Source: a virus
Lineage: Duplodnaviria; Caudoviricetes
Virus record (IMG/VR): IMGVR_UViG_3300033067_002502
Location: 96,001-160,000 of that record
Reading direction: 5' to 3' (one strand)
Length of the DNA: 64,000 bases
The first letter of the stretch is position 1, and each line of letters starts with the position of its first letter. The notes below the pieces were generated by a model, which searched no databases, was not told where the DNA came from, and was given only the letters and a program-made list of their open reading frames with translations. Shown here one piece after another: positions 48,602 to 57,806 of this stretch. Position numbers and translations under genes: made by a program.

Positions 48602-51154
48602 ATGTCAGAAATAGAAATAGAAAAAGAAAATCCATATATATGTTTAAGAGTTACAGATTCTACTACATTTATTATAGGTAAGCTATCTAAAGATATTTAT
48701 AAAGAGTTAAAAACAACTCTTGGTTATAAAGATCCTACTGCTGCGTGGAAAAATATTGATCCTGAAAAATGGGATGGATATGTAACTACGGTTTGTTATA
48801 ATAAACAATGGTGTAGGTGTTCTATAAAGAAAGATGGAGTTCATTTCCCAACTGGTCTATATAGTAGAGCTATTGATTTTTTTAAAGCCTACAGTATTCC
48901 AGTTACTGTTGTTGATGATCGTAGTAAATTTTCTAATAATAAAATTGACATTAGGACTAGTTCTTCTTTTCAGACTAGAGATTATCAACAAACTATTATT
49001 AATGATTCCGTTCAAAGACAAAGAGGTATTATAAAACTGGCCACTGGGGGCGGAAAGTGTTTGGGAAAAGGTACTCCTGTATTAATGCATGATGGTAAAA
49101 TCAAAAATGTAGAAGATATAAAGTCAGGAGATCTTTTGATGGGACCAGATTCCACTCCTAGAAAGGTTCTTTCTACTATTTCTGGTTATGATCAAATGTA
49201 TAGAATTGTTCCTAAAAGAGGAACTCCGTTTATTGTAAATGAACCTCATATACTTTCTCTTAAAATGACTCGCGGCAGTAAAAAAGATGGTCAAATAGTA
49301 AATATATCAGTTAAAGATTATCTTGAAAAAAATAAAACCTTTAAACATGTTGCAAAAGGTTATCGAGTTCCTGTTGATTTTACTTTGAAAAAAGTGCCAC
49401 TTGATCCATATTTTATAGGAATTTGGCTTGGAGATGGTAGATCTGATTCTCCAGAAATTAGTTCTAAAGATTCAGAAATAGTTGAGTATTTGAAGCATTT
49501 TGGTTCTTTACATAATCTTAAGTTAATAACTAAGGTTTATGGCAATAGGTGTCCTCAGCATGCTATTTCTAACGGTCGTAAGGGAGGCGTAGTTGTTAAT
49601 TCTGTTTTGAATTCTTTAAGAAAATTAAATCTTATTAATAATAAACATATTCCATTTATTTATAAAGTTAATGGAAAAAAGCAACGATTGCAATTATTAG
49701 CAGGACTTATTGATACGGACGGAAGCCTTCATAATGGAGGATATGATTATATTTCAATTAGCGAAACACTAGCTAATGATGTTGCTTTTGTAGCAAGATC
49801 TCTAGGTTTAAAAGCCGTGGTTTCTCCATGTATAAAAACATGTTGTAATAATGGTAAAAAGGGTAATTATTATCGAGTATCTATTAGTGGAGATTGTAGT
49901 ATTATTCCTGTAAAAATTGAAAGAAAAAAAGCTCATGTAAGAAAACAAAAAAAAGATTGTTTGATGTTTGGATTTAATGTTGAAAAACTTGGAATTGATG
50001 AATATTTTGGTTTTGAAATAGATGGTGATAGGCTTTTTTTATTAGGCGATTTTACTGTAACTCATAATACGGCAGTAGGAGCAGGAATTATTAGTAGTTT
50101 AGGAGTTGCTCCTTTTATTTTTTATGTTACATCTCAAGATTTGCTTACTCAAGCAAAAAACGAGTTTGAAAAGTTTTTAACAGTAGATGGAAAGCCTATT
50201 GAAATTGGCGTAATTGGAGCAGGACAGTGTAACATTAAAGATGTTAATATAATGACAATCCAAACAGCAATTAGAGCTTTGGGAGAAAAATTTACTAAGT
50301 TTGATGAAGAAGACGAACCAGAGAAAATATCTGAAGCAACAAAATCCAGATACGAAGCAATTGCTGATTTGATTCATAATGCAAAAGCTTTTATTGCAGA
50401 CGAAACACAACATTGGGCTGCTGAAACTTGTCAAGTCATTGCAGATCATTCTTATAATGCAAGATTCAGGTTTGGAATGTCAGCTACGCCTTGGAGAGAT
50501 CTTGGAGATGATCTTTTAATTGATGCATGTTTTGGTAGAGTAATTGCGGATATAAATGCATCTTTCTTGATTAAGAAAGGAATTCTGGTAAGACCAACAA
50601 TCTACTTTGTTCATACAAAAAAGAAATTTGATGATTATGATATTACTTATTCAACTGCTTATAAAGAAGGAATTGCTGAAAATGAAGAGCGTAATTTAAT
50701 TATTGCTAATATAGCTCAAAATATGGTTAAAGAAGGTAGAAATATTCTTATTCTAATAAAGCATATACCTCATGGACTTCTTTTAGAATCTCTTATTCCT
50801 GATAGCATTTTTCTTCATGGATCTCACTCAGGTAAAGCAAGAAAAAAACATCTTGATAAAATGAGAGATAAAAAAGTTTCAGTTACAATAGCTACAAGTA
50901 TATTTGATGAAGGTGTTGATGTTAAGTGTCTTGATGGTCTTATTTTGGGAGGATCGGGTAAGTCTCAAACTCGTGCATTGCAAAGGATTGGTAGAGTTAT
51001 TAGAACTTATGAAGATAACTTAACTGGATTCGTTAAAAAAGATGCATATGTTGTTGATTTTCATGATAACATGAAATACATGTATACTCATAGTAAAGCA
51101 AGAAGAACAATATACGAAACTGAACCAGAATTTATCATTAAGGATTTTAGGTAA
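48602..51154 (+). CDS. Superfamily 2 (UvsW/SSL2-like) DNA helicase containing an intein
   Basis: RDYQ Q-motif; ATGGGK|intein|T Walker A; ADETQH; GMSATP; IFDEGVDV; QRIGRVIR. Confidence 0.9.
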   Translation: MSEIEIEKENPYICLRVTDSTTFIIGKLSKDIYKELKTTLGYKDPTAAWKNIDPEKWDGYVTTVCYNKQWCRCSIKKDGVHFPTGLYSRAIDFFKAYSIPVTVVDDRSKFSNNKIDIRTSSSFQTRDYQQTIINDSVQRQRGIIKLATGGGKCLGKGTPVLMHDGKIKNVEDIKSGDLLMGPDSTPRKVLSTISGYDQMYRIVPKRGTPFIVNEPHILSLKMTRGSKKDGQIVNISVKDYLEKNKTFKHVAKGYRVPVDFTLKKVPLDPYFIGIWLGDGRSDSPEISSKDSEIVEYLKHFGSLHNLKLITKVYGNRCPQHAISNGRKGGVVVNSVLNSLRKLNLINNKHIPFIYKVNGKKQRLQLLAGLIDTDGSLHNGGYDYISISETLANDVAFVARSLGLKAVVSPCIKTCCNNGKKGNYYRVSISGDCSIIPVKIERKKAHVRKQKKDCLMFGFNVEKLGIDEYFGFEIDGDRLFLLGDFTVTHNTAVGAGIISSLGVAPFIFYVTSQDLLTQAKNEFEKFLTVDGKPIEIGVIGAGQCNIKDVNIMTIQTAIRALGEKFTKFDEEDEPEKISEATKSRYEAIADLIHNAKAFIADETQHWAAETCQVIADHSYNARFRFGMSATPWRDLGDDLLIDACFGRVIADINASFLIKKGILVRPTIYFVHTKKKFDDYDITYSTAYKEGIAENEERNLIIANIAQNMVKEGRNILILIKHIPHGLLLESLIPDSIFLHGSHSGKARKKHLDKMRDKKVSVTIATSIFDEGVDVKCLDGLILGGSGKSQTRALQRIGRVIRTYEDNLTGFVKKDAYVVDFHDNMKYMYTHSKARRTIYETEPEFIIKDFR
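49058..50068 (+). mobile_element. Cis intein (337 aa) with a LAGLIDADG homing endonuclease, in helicase Walker A
   Basis: Starts CLGKGTPVLMHDG and ends FLLGDFTVTHN/T. Block B VNEPHILSL. Endonuclease motifs YFIGIWLGDG and LLAGLIDTDG. Confidence 0.95.
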
Positions 51155-51157
51155 TAA

Positions 51158-52261
51158 ATGGCACGTAAAAGAGAACATTATGATAATATATTTGCAGAAA
51201 CAGATAAAGATAAATTTCTTGTTAATGCTATAAACTCGCAATCTGATTTTGCTTCAACATCAAACCCTTATGTTGGGAATAAGAGAAAAATACTTGTTGA
51301 TATAGTTATGACTGTCTACGAGAATCTTCGTTATGACGAGATTAATTATGTATGTGACCTTTTTGCTGGAAGCTCTGTTGTTGGCTCTTTCTTTAAGAAG
51401 TTAGGCAAAACCGTTTATTCTAACGAGTTGCTTAAGTCTTCTTATATGAATGGAGTCGCTTTACAAAATAGCGATGGCTCTGAAATAACTCCTAATGCTT
51501 GGGAGTTTATGCTCAACAATAAAAACAAGAACGCTGATAAGTTTGTTGAGGCTAAGTATGCTGGTAAGAGGTTTACTCAAAAGGAAGCAGAGTTTATAGA
51601 CAACTATTACGCAAATGCGGAAGAGTTGTATGGCAAAACTGATGGCGGTAAGTATTGTATTTTGCAATCCACTATCATGCAGTTTATAATGTCTCATTGC
51701 TTTGTTGGAGGTAGACTCAATAGTGGGCAAGTTATAGCTTCCCTTGACCATAGATTGCAACATCAAAGAAATAATAACTGCGAAATGAATTTTAGTAAGA
51801 TGAAGCCATTTGCTTTCAATTGTGGAGGTCCACAATCTTACTTTTCAAACTCTGATGTTTTTGATTTCCTTAAAAAAGGATTTGACAAGAATCCAGATCT
51901 TATATACATAGATCCTCCTTATGGTGGTCAGCAAAGCGATTATGCTTCTATGTATCAGTTTTTTGAGGAATATTTAGCTAGAACAAATTTTGATAATATT
52001 TCATATTTAAAGGGCACTTCTGATAAGTTTTCTAAGTCCAAAACTTATAAGGATTCTTTTGCAGAAGTGTTAATAGCGTTGCCGAAGGAGTCTTGCTGGA
52101 TGATTAGCTACAATGATAGTAGTTGGGCAGATATTGATATAATCGTAGATATGCTTCGTAAACATAAGACAATAGTAACCGTTAAAGAGATAAAATACTC
52201 ATACAAGCATCGTTCATCAGAAAATGTATCAGGTTTTGAATATTTAATTATTGGACAGTAA
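51158..52261 (+). CDS. DNA adenine methyltransferase (D12/alpha class)
   Basis: YVGNKRK, then DLFAGS (motif I) preceding IYIDPPY (motif IV); ISYN. Confidence 0.85.
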   Translation: MARKREHYDNIFAETDKDKFLVNAINSQSDFASTSNPYVGNKRKILVDIVMTVYENLRYDEINYVCDLFAGSSVVGSFFKKLGKTVYSNELLKSSYMNGVALQNSDGSEITPNAWEFMLNNKNKNADKFVEAKYAGKRFTQKEAEFIDNYYANAEELYGKTDGGKYCILQSTIMQFIMSHCFVGGRLNSGQVIASLDHRLQHQRNNNCEMNFSKMKPFAFNCGGPQSYFSNSDVFDFLKKGFDKNPDLIYIDPPYGGQQSDYASMYQFFEEYLARTNFDNISYLKGTSDKFSKSKTYKDSFAEVLIALPKESCWMISYNDSSWADIDIIVDMLRKHKTIVTVKEIKYSYKHRSSENVSGFEYLIIGQ

Positions 52262-52262
52262 C

Positions 52263-53204
52263 ATGTCAAGAAAGAATAAAAAAATGAAAGTAGAAGATCC
52301 TATGTTTGATTTGATTTCTATTAGTCAAAAAAACGCAATAGAAGGGATTGGTCCTAAAAATAAGAAAAAACAGCCTTCTATTTTTGATGTTATTGGAAAT
52401 AATTCTTTAGAAATCACAAATTCAGAAATATCTGAATCTAAAAATCTTCCAGATAAGAAATTTCTTAAATCAGGAATTTCGGATTGGAAAAATCTTCCAA
52501 TAAAAAGGGCTGTTTCTTCTATGAATAAACCTGTTGAAGATTGGCATTCTGAGCAATTTTATATTTATTTTTCAAGATTATATAAGGAAAAATATCCTCT
52601 ATCTAATCTTGAAACATCAACTAGAGCTGGTATTACTTTTATGAAAAAGTTATTAGAAGATTTTAAAGAAACTCTTAATAGGGAGTTTAATCCAGAAGTA
52701 ATAAAAAAATATCTTGATTGGTTTATTAAAAACGAGCTTGATATATTTATTTCCCAAAAAGGAAAATTTGTATTACAAGATCTTCGTTCAAAAAAAGCAA
52801 TGAGAAGGTTTGATAATCAACACAGAATAGAAGAATCTGCAATTGTCGTTGATGAAGTTGTTTCTGTAGTCCCTGATAATGCATTTAAAAGAATGACATT
52901 GATATTTAAAGCAAGTCGAATCAATTTTATAATGAAATACGGAGTTGTTATATCTCTTTATTGGCTTATAAATGAAAAATCAATAAAACCAGATGAAGCA
53001 AAAGATATTATTATAGCTATACTAAAGGATACAAATAAAGAAGGAGAATCAAGTATTGAAAAAGTAAAAATTATTACTTCTTCTTTTTCTCCTTATCCAT
53101 TGACGTATAATAATAATCTCTTAAAAGATATATTTAGTTTTCTTAAAATGGAAATTAGTGATATTCAATTTTCAGAAAAATCCAAAGATATTATTTTTGG
53201 ATAA
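52263..53204 (+). CDS. Hypothetical protein (replication module)
   Basis: The ATG at 52263 directly follows the upstream stop. No recognisable motif. Confidence 0.6.
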   Translation: MSRKNKKMKVEDPMFDLISISQKNAIEGIGPKNKKKQPSIFDVIGNNSLEITNSEISESKNLPDKKFLKSGISDWKNLPIKRAVSSMNKPVEDWHSEQFYIYFSRLYKEKYPLSNLETSTRAGITFMKKLLEDFKETLNREFNPEVIKKYLDWFIKNELDIFISQKGKFVLQDLRSKKAMRRFDNQHRIEESAIVVDEVVSVVPDNAFKRMTLIFKASRINFIMKYGVVISLYWLINEKSIKPDEAKDIIIAILKDTNKEGESSIEKVKIITSSFSPYPLTYNNNLLKDIFSFLKMEISDIQFSEKSKDIIFG

Positions 53205-53341
53205 CGCTTTTGAGCGTATTAGTTTAAAGTGCATTTAAATATTTTATAAAAACGTGATATACTTTTGACAAGAGATCTCATAAGACGATCTATTTGTAGT
53301 AAATCTTATTTAATTCACTAAAAATAGTAGAAAAGAGAATT

Positions 53342-54352
53342 ATGCCTAAAGAAGAAGAACTGGATTTTAGAAAAAAACATATTAGTATGGCTACGAAAGA
53401 GTTTAACAACAATTTTATAGCGTTGCTTAGAACCAGAACTCAGGTTATTTATATATCTAGTAATGAAGAAAAAAGGCTTATTGAATATCTTCATAGCGTT
53501 TCTATGGATAGAGGATATGAAGCCTTTGAATGGGATTGTTTTTCTCTTTTAAGGAAATTAGGTTCAAAAGAAAAGATAACGATTACTTCGGGTTTAGATA
53601 TTAGATATCCAGAACCAATTCTTACTTTCATTATAGAAGAATTAGAAAAAAGAGAAAAGAAGAAAGAAGATGGTAATGGTGCTTTATATATATTGTGTGA
53701 TTTTTATAGATATCTATCTCCAGATAGGTGTAATCCTCAAATAGAAAGACAAATAAAGCATATCAATAATCTTACTACAAATTGTCATGTTATATTTACA
53801 GGTCCAACTTATATAAACAATCAATCTCTTGAAAAAGAAATATCTGTTTTAGATTTTCCTTTTCCTAATGAAAAAGAGATAAAAGAAGTATTAACAAGTC
53901 TTACAAATGCTGAAAAAGTAAAAACAGGAATACCTGGTATCAGCAAAATAATGGAAAAAAATGAAGAAGAATTGATTAATTCAGTAAAAGGACTTACTTT
54001 GATGGAGTCTCGCCATGCTTATTCTAAGTCTATTGTTATGGCTAATCAATTAGGAATAAAGCCTTTAGATATAAATTTAATATTACAAGAGAAAAAAGAA
54101 ATTATCAAAAAAACTGATATTTTAGAATATGTTGATTCTAATAATACTACAATAGATAATGTTGGAGGACTTGACGATCTTGTTCGTTGGTTGAATATTC
54201 GCAAGGTATCTTTTTCTAAAGAGGCTATTGATTACGGACTAAAACCTCCAAAGGGAGTTTTGCTATTAGGGCTACCAGGATGTGTATTAGGAAATACAAA
54301 AATAAGAATTAGAAAGAAAAAAGAAGGGAAACATCTCATATACGTTTTGTAA
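53342..54352 (+). CDS. Ycf46-like AAA+ ATPase, N-terminal half, fused to a 23-aa split-intein N fragment
   Basis: EEKR, DFPFP, EK.EII.K..ILEY, VGGLDDL..WL and PKGVLLLGLPG are Ycf46-family features. The ORF stops 23 aa after GLPG with CVLGNTKIRIRKKKEGKHLIYVL. Confidence 0.9.
   Translation: MPKEEELDFRKKHISMATKEFNNNFIALLRTRTQVIYISSNEEKRLIEYLHSVSMDRGYEAFEWDCFSLLRKLGSKEKITITSGLDIRYPEPILTFIIEELEKREKKKEDGNGALYILCDFYRYLSPDRCNPQIERQIKHINNLTTNCHVIFTGPTYINNQSLEKEISVLDFPFPNEKEIKEVLTSLTNAEKVKTGIPGISKIMEKNEEELINSVKGLTLMESRHAYSKSIVMANQLGIKPLDINLILQEKKEIIKKTDILEYVDSNNTTIDNVGGLDDLVRWLNIRKVSFSKEAIDYGLKPPKGVLLLGLPGCVLGNTKIRIRKKKEGKHLIYVL
54281..54349 (+). mobile_element. Split intein N-fragment (IntN, 23 aa)
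   Basis: Intein block A (C-V-L-G-N-T-K-I) begins exactly inside Walker A (GLPG|C). Confidence 0.85.
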
Positions 54353-54493
54353 TCAGAATAATTTAGAGTACAGAATGGTTGATGTTAGAATTATAGAAAT
54401 TTCCCAATTAGCTGAAATGTATTTTTCAAAACAGATAAGACTTAATAAAATATCAGAAGAACGATTTTTAACTTTAATTAAGAGAATTAACAA

Positions 54494-54871
54494 ATGAATT
54501 TATATGAAGAAATAGAAATTGAAATACAAGATTTTTTTGCTATGGCAGAAAAAGAAGAAGGAATTTATGAAATAGATACTCCTGACGGTTGGCAAGAAAT
54601 AGGATCTTTGATTAAAAAAAACAAAAAAGAGTGTTATATATTGCGAATGAGTAATGGAATTGAACTAGGATGCTCTAGTGAACATTTGGTTTTAACTGAA
54701 AATGGGTGGAAAAAAACTAAAGATTTGGATGTTCAATTCGATTCGGTTTTATCTAAAAATGGAAGTACTTCTCTAATTGCAAAGGAATATGTTGGAATAA
54801 AAAATACATATGATTTGGAAGTTTTACACGAAAATCATAGATATTATTCTAATTCTATTATTTCACATAAT
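54494..54871 (+). mobile_element. Split intein C-fragment (IntC, 126 aa, no endonuclease)
   Basis: Lacks block A. Has TPDGW, block B LGCSSEHLVLT, block F TYDLEV..NHRYYSN and block G ISHN/C. Confidence 0.88.
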
Positions 54872-56911
54872 TGTGGAAAGTCTCTAACAGCAAAAGCAAC
54901 AGCAAGTGCGTATAACATGCCTCTTCTTCGTTTAGATTTTGGTAAAATGTTTAATTCTCTTGTTGGAGAAAGTGAAAAGATAGCTCGTCATGCAATTAAG
55001 CTTGCTGAAACAGTTGCTCCTTGTGTTAGCGGAGAATCTATAGTATATGATGATAATGGTAAATCTTATAAAATAAAAGATCTTGTAGAAAACGGCAATG
55101 GTGATAAGCCTATGTATACATATTCTTTAAATGAAAAAACATGGAAATTAGAAAAAACTAAAGTAAAAGCAGTTATCAAGCATGCAGAAAAAAAGAAAAT
55201 GCTTAGGATCTCTTCATCTACAGGTTCTATTGATGTTACAGAAGATCACAAGATGATGGTAAATAGAGAAGGAAATCTTTTATGGGTTGAATCTAAAGAT
55301 TTAACAAAGTCAGACGTTCTTGTTGTTTCTAAGACACTTGTTCGTACACAAAAGATTTTGAATATTAGAGAAATATTTCCTAATAAGAAAGACAAGAATA
55401 TAACACTAAGATCTGGTGGGAAAATGCATTCAGCTGATGTTTCTGTATCACTTATTAGTCTTATGCATTTGGCTGTTATATCTGGAATGATTGATTCTAG
55501 CGGTTCGTGTAATGAAGAAACTGGAGATATTTTGTTTTCTCATGCAAATATCTCTATTTTACATTTTTTGGCATCTATGATGAGCGAGGCTTTTTTGACT
55601 GAGCCTCACGTTGGTAAAGATTTTGTTAAATTAAATAACAAAGTTGTTGCAAAAATGATTTCTCATTTTTTAGATAATGTTGGATCTCAAAATGAAGAAA
55701 TAATTGGATGTTATTTGGGTGGGCATTTCCACGCTAGTGGAATCTTTGGCTTTGTTGATAAGGATGAAGATCCTTCAAGAAAACCATATGTTCAATTTTC
55801 TATTTTAACAGAAGGTGTATTTGATAGGATTCGTAAATCTTTGCTTGTTTATGGTATTATATCTTTTAAGTCTTTAAAAACAATGATTATCATAGATAAT
55901 AATCATATTGAAACATTTTTCCAAAAAGTTCCTATTCTTACAAAAAAAAGAGCTGTAGAAGTAAACAATTTTATAAATCATATTGAAAAATATCCTCCAA
56001 AATCAATAAATATGTTTGGATATAAATTTGGTAAATCGTTATTAAGTTTAAAGTCTGATTTTGGAATTACAGATGAAAAGTATGATAGCATATCTATGTT
56101 TGAAGAAAGCAATGCTGTTATGCAATATGATGTTGCTTCTTATTTGAATAGAGAAATTAAGAAAAATAGAAAAGAAAAAATAGATTGTCCTATTACTAAA
56201 TTAGTTGAATCAGATATAGTTTGTGTAAAGATTTATTCAATAGATTCTGTTGAAGAGCAGTGGGCTTACGATTTATCTTGTGAGGGTAATAATAATTTCT
56301 TTGCTAATGGATTTCTTTGCCATAATTGCATTCTTTGGGCTGATGAAATAGAGAAAGGTTTAGCTGGTGGAGTTGGTTCTGGATCTGGTGATAGCGGAAC
56401 AACAAAAAGAGTTATTGGAACTTTTTTGACTTGGCTTCAAGAAAAGACAGCTCCAGTTTTTGTTATATGTACAGCTAATAATGTTCAAGATATTCCTCCA
56501 GAATTTATGAGAGCAGGTCGTTTTGATGAGGTATTTTTTGTTGATTTGCCAAGCAGTAAGGGTAGAGAGCAAATATTCAAAGTATTACTTAAAAAATTCA
56601 AATACGATCCAAATCTTTTTGATATTAAGGAATTATGTCTTTATACAAAAAATTATAGCGGTGCTGAAATCGAAAAAGCTATAGAAAATGCAATGTTTGA
56701 ATGCTTTTGTGATAATAAAAAAGAAATGCAAACAATAGATCTTGTTTTATCTTGCAGAAGCATAACTCCTTTATCAGAAACAAGAGATAAAGAATTCCAA
56801 GAAATGAGAACTTGGGCTAAGACTAGATGCAAATTTGCAAATACAGAAGAGTATGGTGGAAACGAAAAAGTAAATAAAAAAGAAATTGTAGATCTTGATT
56901 TCAATCAGTGA
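54494..56911 (+). CDS. Split-intein C fragment plus the Ycf46-like AAA+ ATPase C-terminal half, carrying a second cis intein
   Basis: ...SHN|CGKSLTAKA...LLRLDFG...VGESE...AP|intein|CILWADEIEK...FLTWLQE...TAN...PPEFMRAGRFDE.FFVDLP...YSGAEIE. Confidence 0.92.
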   Translation: MNLYEEIEIEIQDFFAMAEKEEGIYEIDTPDGWQEIGSLIKKNKKECYILRMSNGIELGCSSEHLVLTENGWKKTKDLDVQFDSVLSKNGSTSLIAKEYVGIKNTYDLEVLHENHRYYSNSIISHNCGKSLTAKATASAYNMPLLRLDFGKMFNSLVGESEKIARHAIKLAETVAPCVSGESIVYDDNGKSYKIKDLVENGNGDKPMYTYSLNEKTWKLEKTKVKAVIKHAEKKKMLRISSSTGSIDVTEDHKMMVNREGNLLWVESKDLTKSDVLVVSKTLVRTQKILNIREIFPNKKDKNITLRSGGKMHSADVSVSLISLMHLAVISGMIDSSGSCNEETGDILFSHANISILHFLASMMSEAFLTEPHVGKDFVKLNNKVVAKMISHFLDNVGSQNEEIIGCYLGGHFHASGIFGFVDKDEDPSRKPYVQFSILTEGVFDRIRKSLLVYGIISFKSLKTMIIIDNNHIETFFQKVPILTKKRAVEVNNFINHIEKYPPKSINMFGYKFGKSLLSLKSDFGITDEKYDSISMFEESNAVMQYDVASYLNREIKKNRKEKIDCPITKLVESDIVCVKIYSIDSVEEQWAYDLSCEGNNNFFANGFLCHNCILWADEIEKGLAGGVGSGSGDSGTTKRVIGTFLTWLQEKTAPVFVICTANNVQDIPPEFMRAGRFDEVFFVDLPSSKGREQIFKVLLKKFKYDPNLFDIKELCLYTKNYSGAEIEKAIENAMFECFCDNKKEMQTIDLVLSCRSITPLSETRDKEFQEMRTWAKTRCKFANTEEYGGNEKVNKKEIVDLDFNQ
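55022..56326 (+). mobile_element. Cis intein (435 aa) with a degenerate LAGLIDADG region, just before Walker B
   Basis: CVSGESIVYD...VTEDHKMM...AYDLSCEGNNNFFANGFLCHN/C. Endonuclease motifs are eroded to ISGMIDSSG and YLGGHFHASG. Confidence 0.92.
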
Positions 56912-56950
56912 TTTTGTGGATATAAACCCTTTTTAATCCGAACTAGAAAA

Positions 56951-57805
56951 ATGGACTTAAGCTCAATAATAAAATTTTATCGTTATAACTTTTATAAAAC
57001 AGTAGGAACAGATCCTTACGGAATGCCTGCTTTTTGCAAACACTACAAAGGAAATGATCAATGCGATAGAGATAAGGGTTGTTATTGTAAAAAACTTGCA
57101 GAAGTTAGGGGTCATATTGATTATGTTATACCCTCTGAATATAGAGATTTGACAGTAGATAGTGCTAGAGGGTGGATAAAAGATAAAAATGGAAAATCAC
57201 AACAAGTTTGGTCTGATGAAAATCAAATTGAAATTCAAGAAATATTAAGATCCTATCTTTTTGGTAATATAGATTCTACTTCATTTAAGTGTAGAGAAGA
57301 TTATAATAAAGCCTCAAAAATGGATATAAGGTTTGCAGAAGGAGAAAATCTTATTATTCACGGAAATGCTGTTCGTTCAAAAAAAGCAGGACTTCCTTCT
57401 CAACCAATGCCTGCTGGTAAGACCTTAATAGGTTGTCTTGTTTTAAAAGAGGCTATATGGAGACGATTGTATATTACAAACAGAGCTGATACTTACGCTC
57501 TTACTTCTTATCAAACGCTAAGACAAGATTTAAAATTAAAAACAGAAAAGGGAAATAATTTAAAAGAATGCGATTGGCTTGTTATAGATGATATAAGTTT
57601 ACCAGTTAATGAAAACGATTTTGCTCATCAGAACTTTCTATCTTTATTTGATGATTTTTTAATGACAAGAATGGAAGCAAAACTTCCAACTGTTCTGATT
57701 TGTGAGTTTAATGTTTTGTCTAAAGATTATACTAATATACTTGGTTATAGTTTTCAAAAAATGGTTACTGCAAAAAATACATGGCTGATATCGGTGGGAG
57801 AGTAA
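56951..57805 (+). CDS. DnaC/IstB-like helicase loader ATPase
   Basis: N-terminal Cys cluster (CYC), IPSEY, LIIHG...GKT, WLVIDD (Walker B) and R...LPTVL. Lies directly upstream of dnaB. Confidence 0.7.
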   Translation: MDLSSIIKFYRYNFYKTVGTDPYGMPAFCKHYKGNDQCDRDKGCYCKKLAEVRGHIDYVIPSEYRDLTVDSARGWIKDKNGKSQQVWSDENQIEIQEILRSYLFGNIDSTSFKCREDYNKASKMDIRFAEGENLIIHGNAVRSKKAGLPSQPMPAGKTLIGCLVLKEAIWRRLYITNRADTYALTSYQTLRQDLKLKTEKGNNLKECDWLVIDDISLPVNENDFAHQNFLSLFDDFLMTRMEAKLPTVLICEFNVLSKDYTNILGYSFQKMVTAKNTWLISVGE

Positions 57806-57806
57806 A

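Noticed and set aside
52263-53204. Replication initiator, or restriction endonuclease cognate to the upstream MTase
   Set aside because: The position is suggestive, but I could not recognise any supporting motif.
53265-53295. Canonical sigma70 promoter at TTGACA
   Set aside because: There is no convincing -10 hexamer at 16-18 nt spacing. Kept only as part of a weak shared-motif finding.
54350-54494. ATPase as a pseudogene, or stop-codon readthrough
   Set aside because: The halves are in the same frame, but the gap has many TAA/TGA/TAG stops. Both halves keep intact catalytic and splicing residues, and the break falls right after intein block A. Two compensating assembly frameshifts remain formally possible, so reads should be checked.
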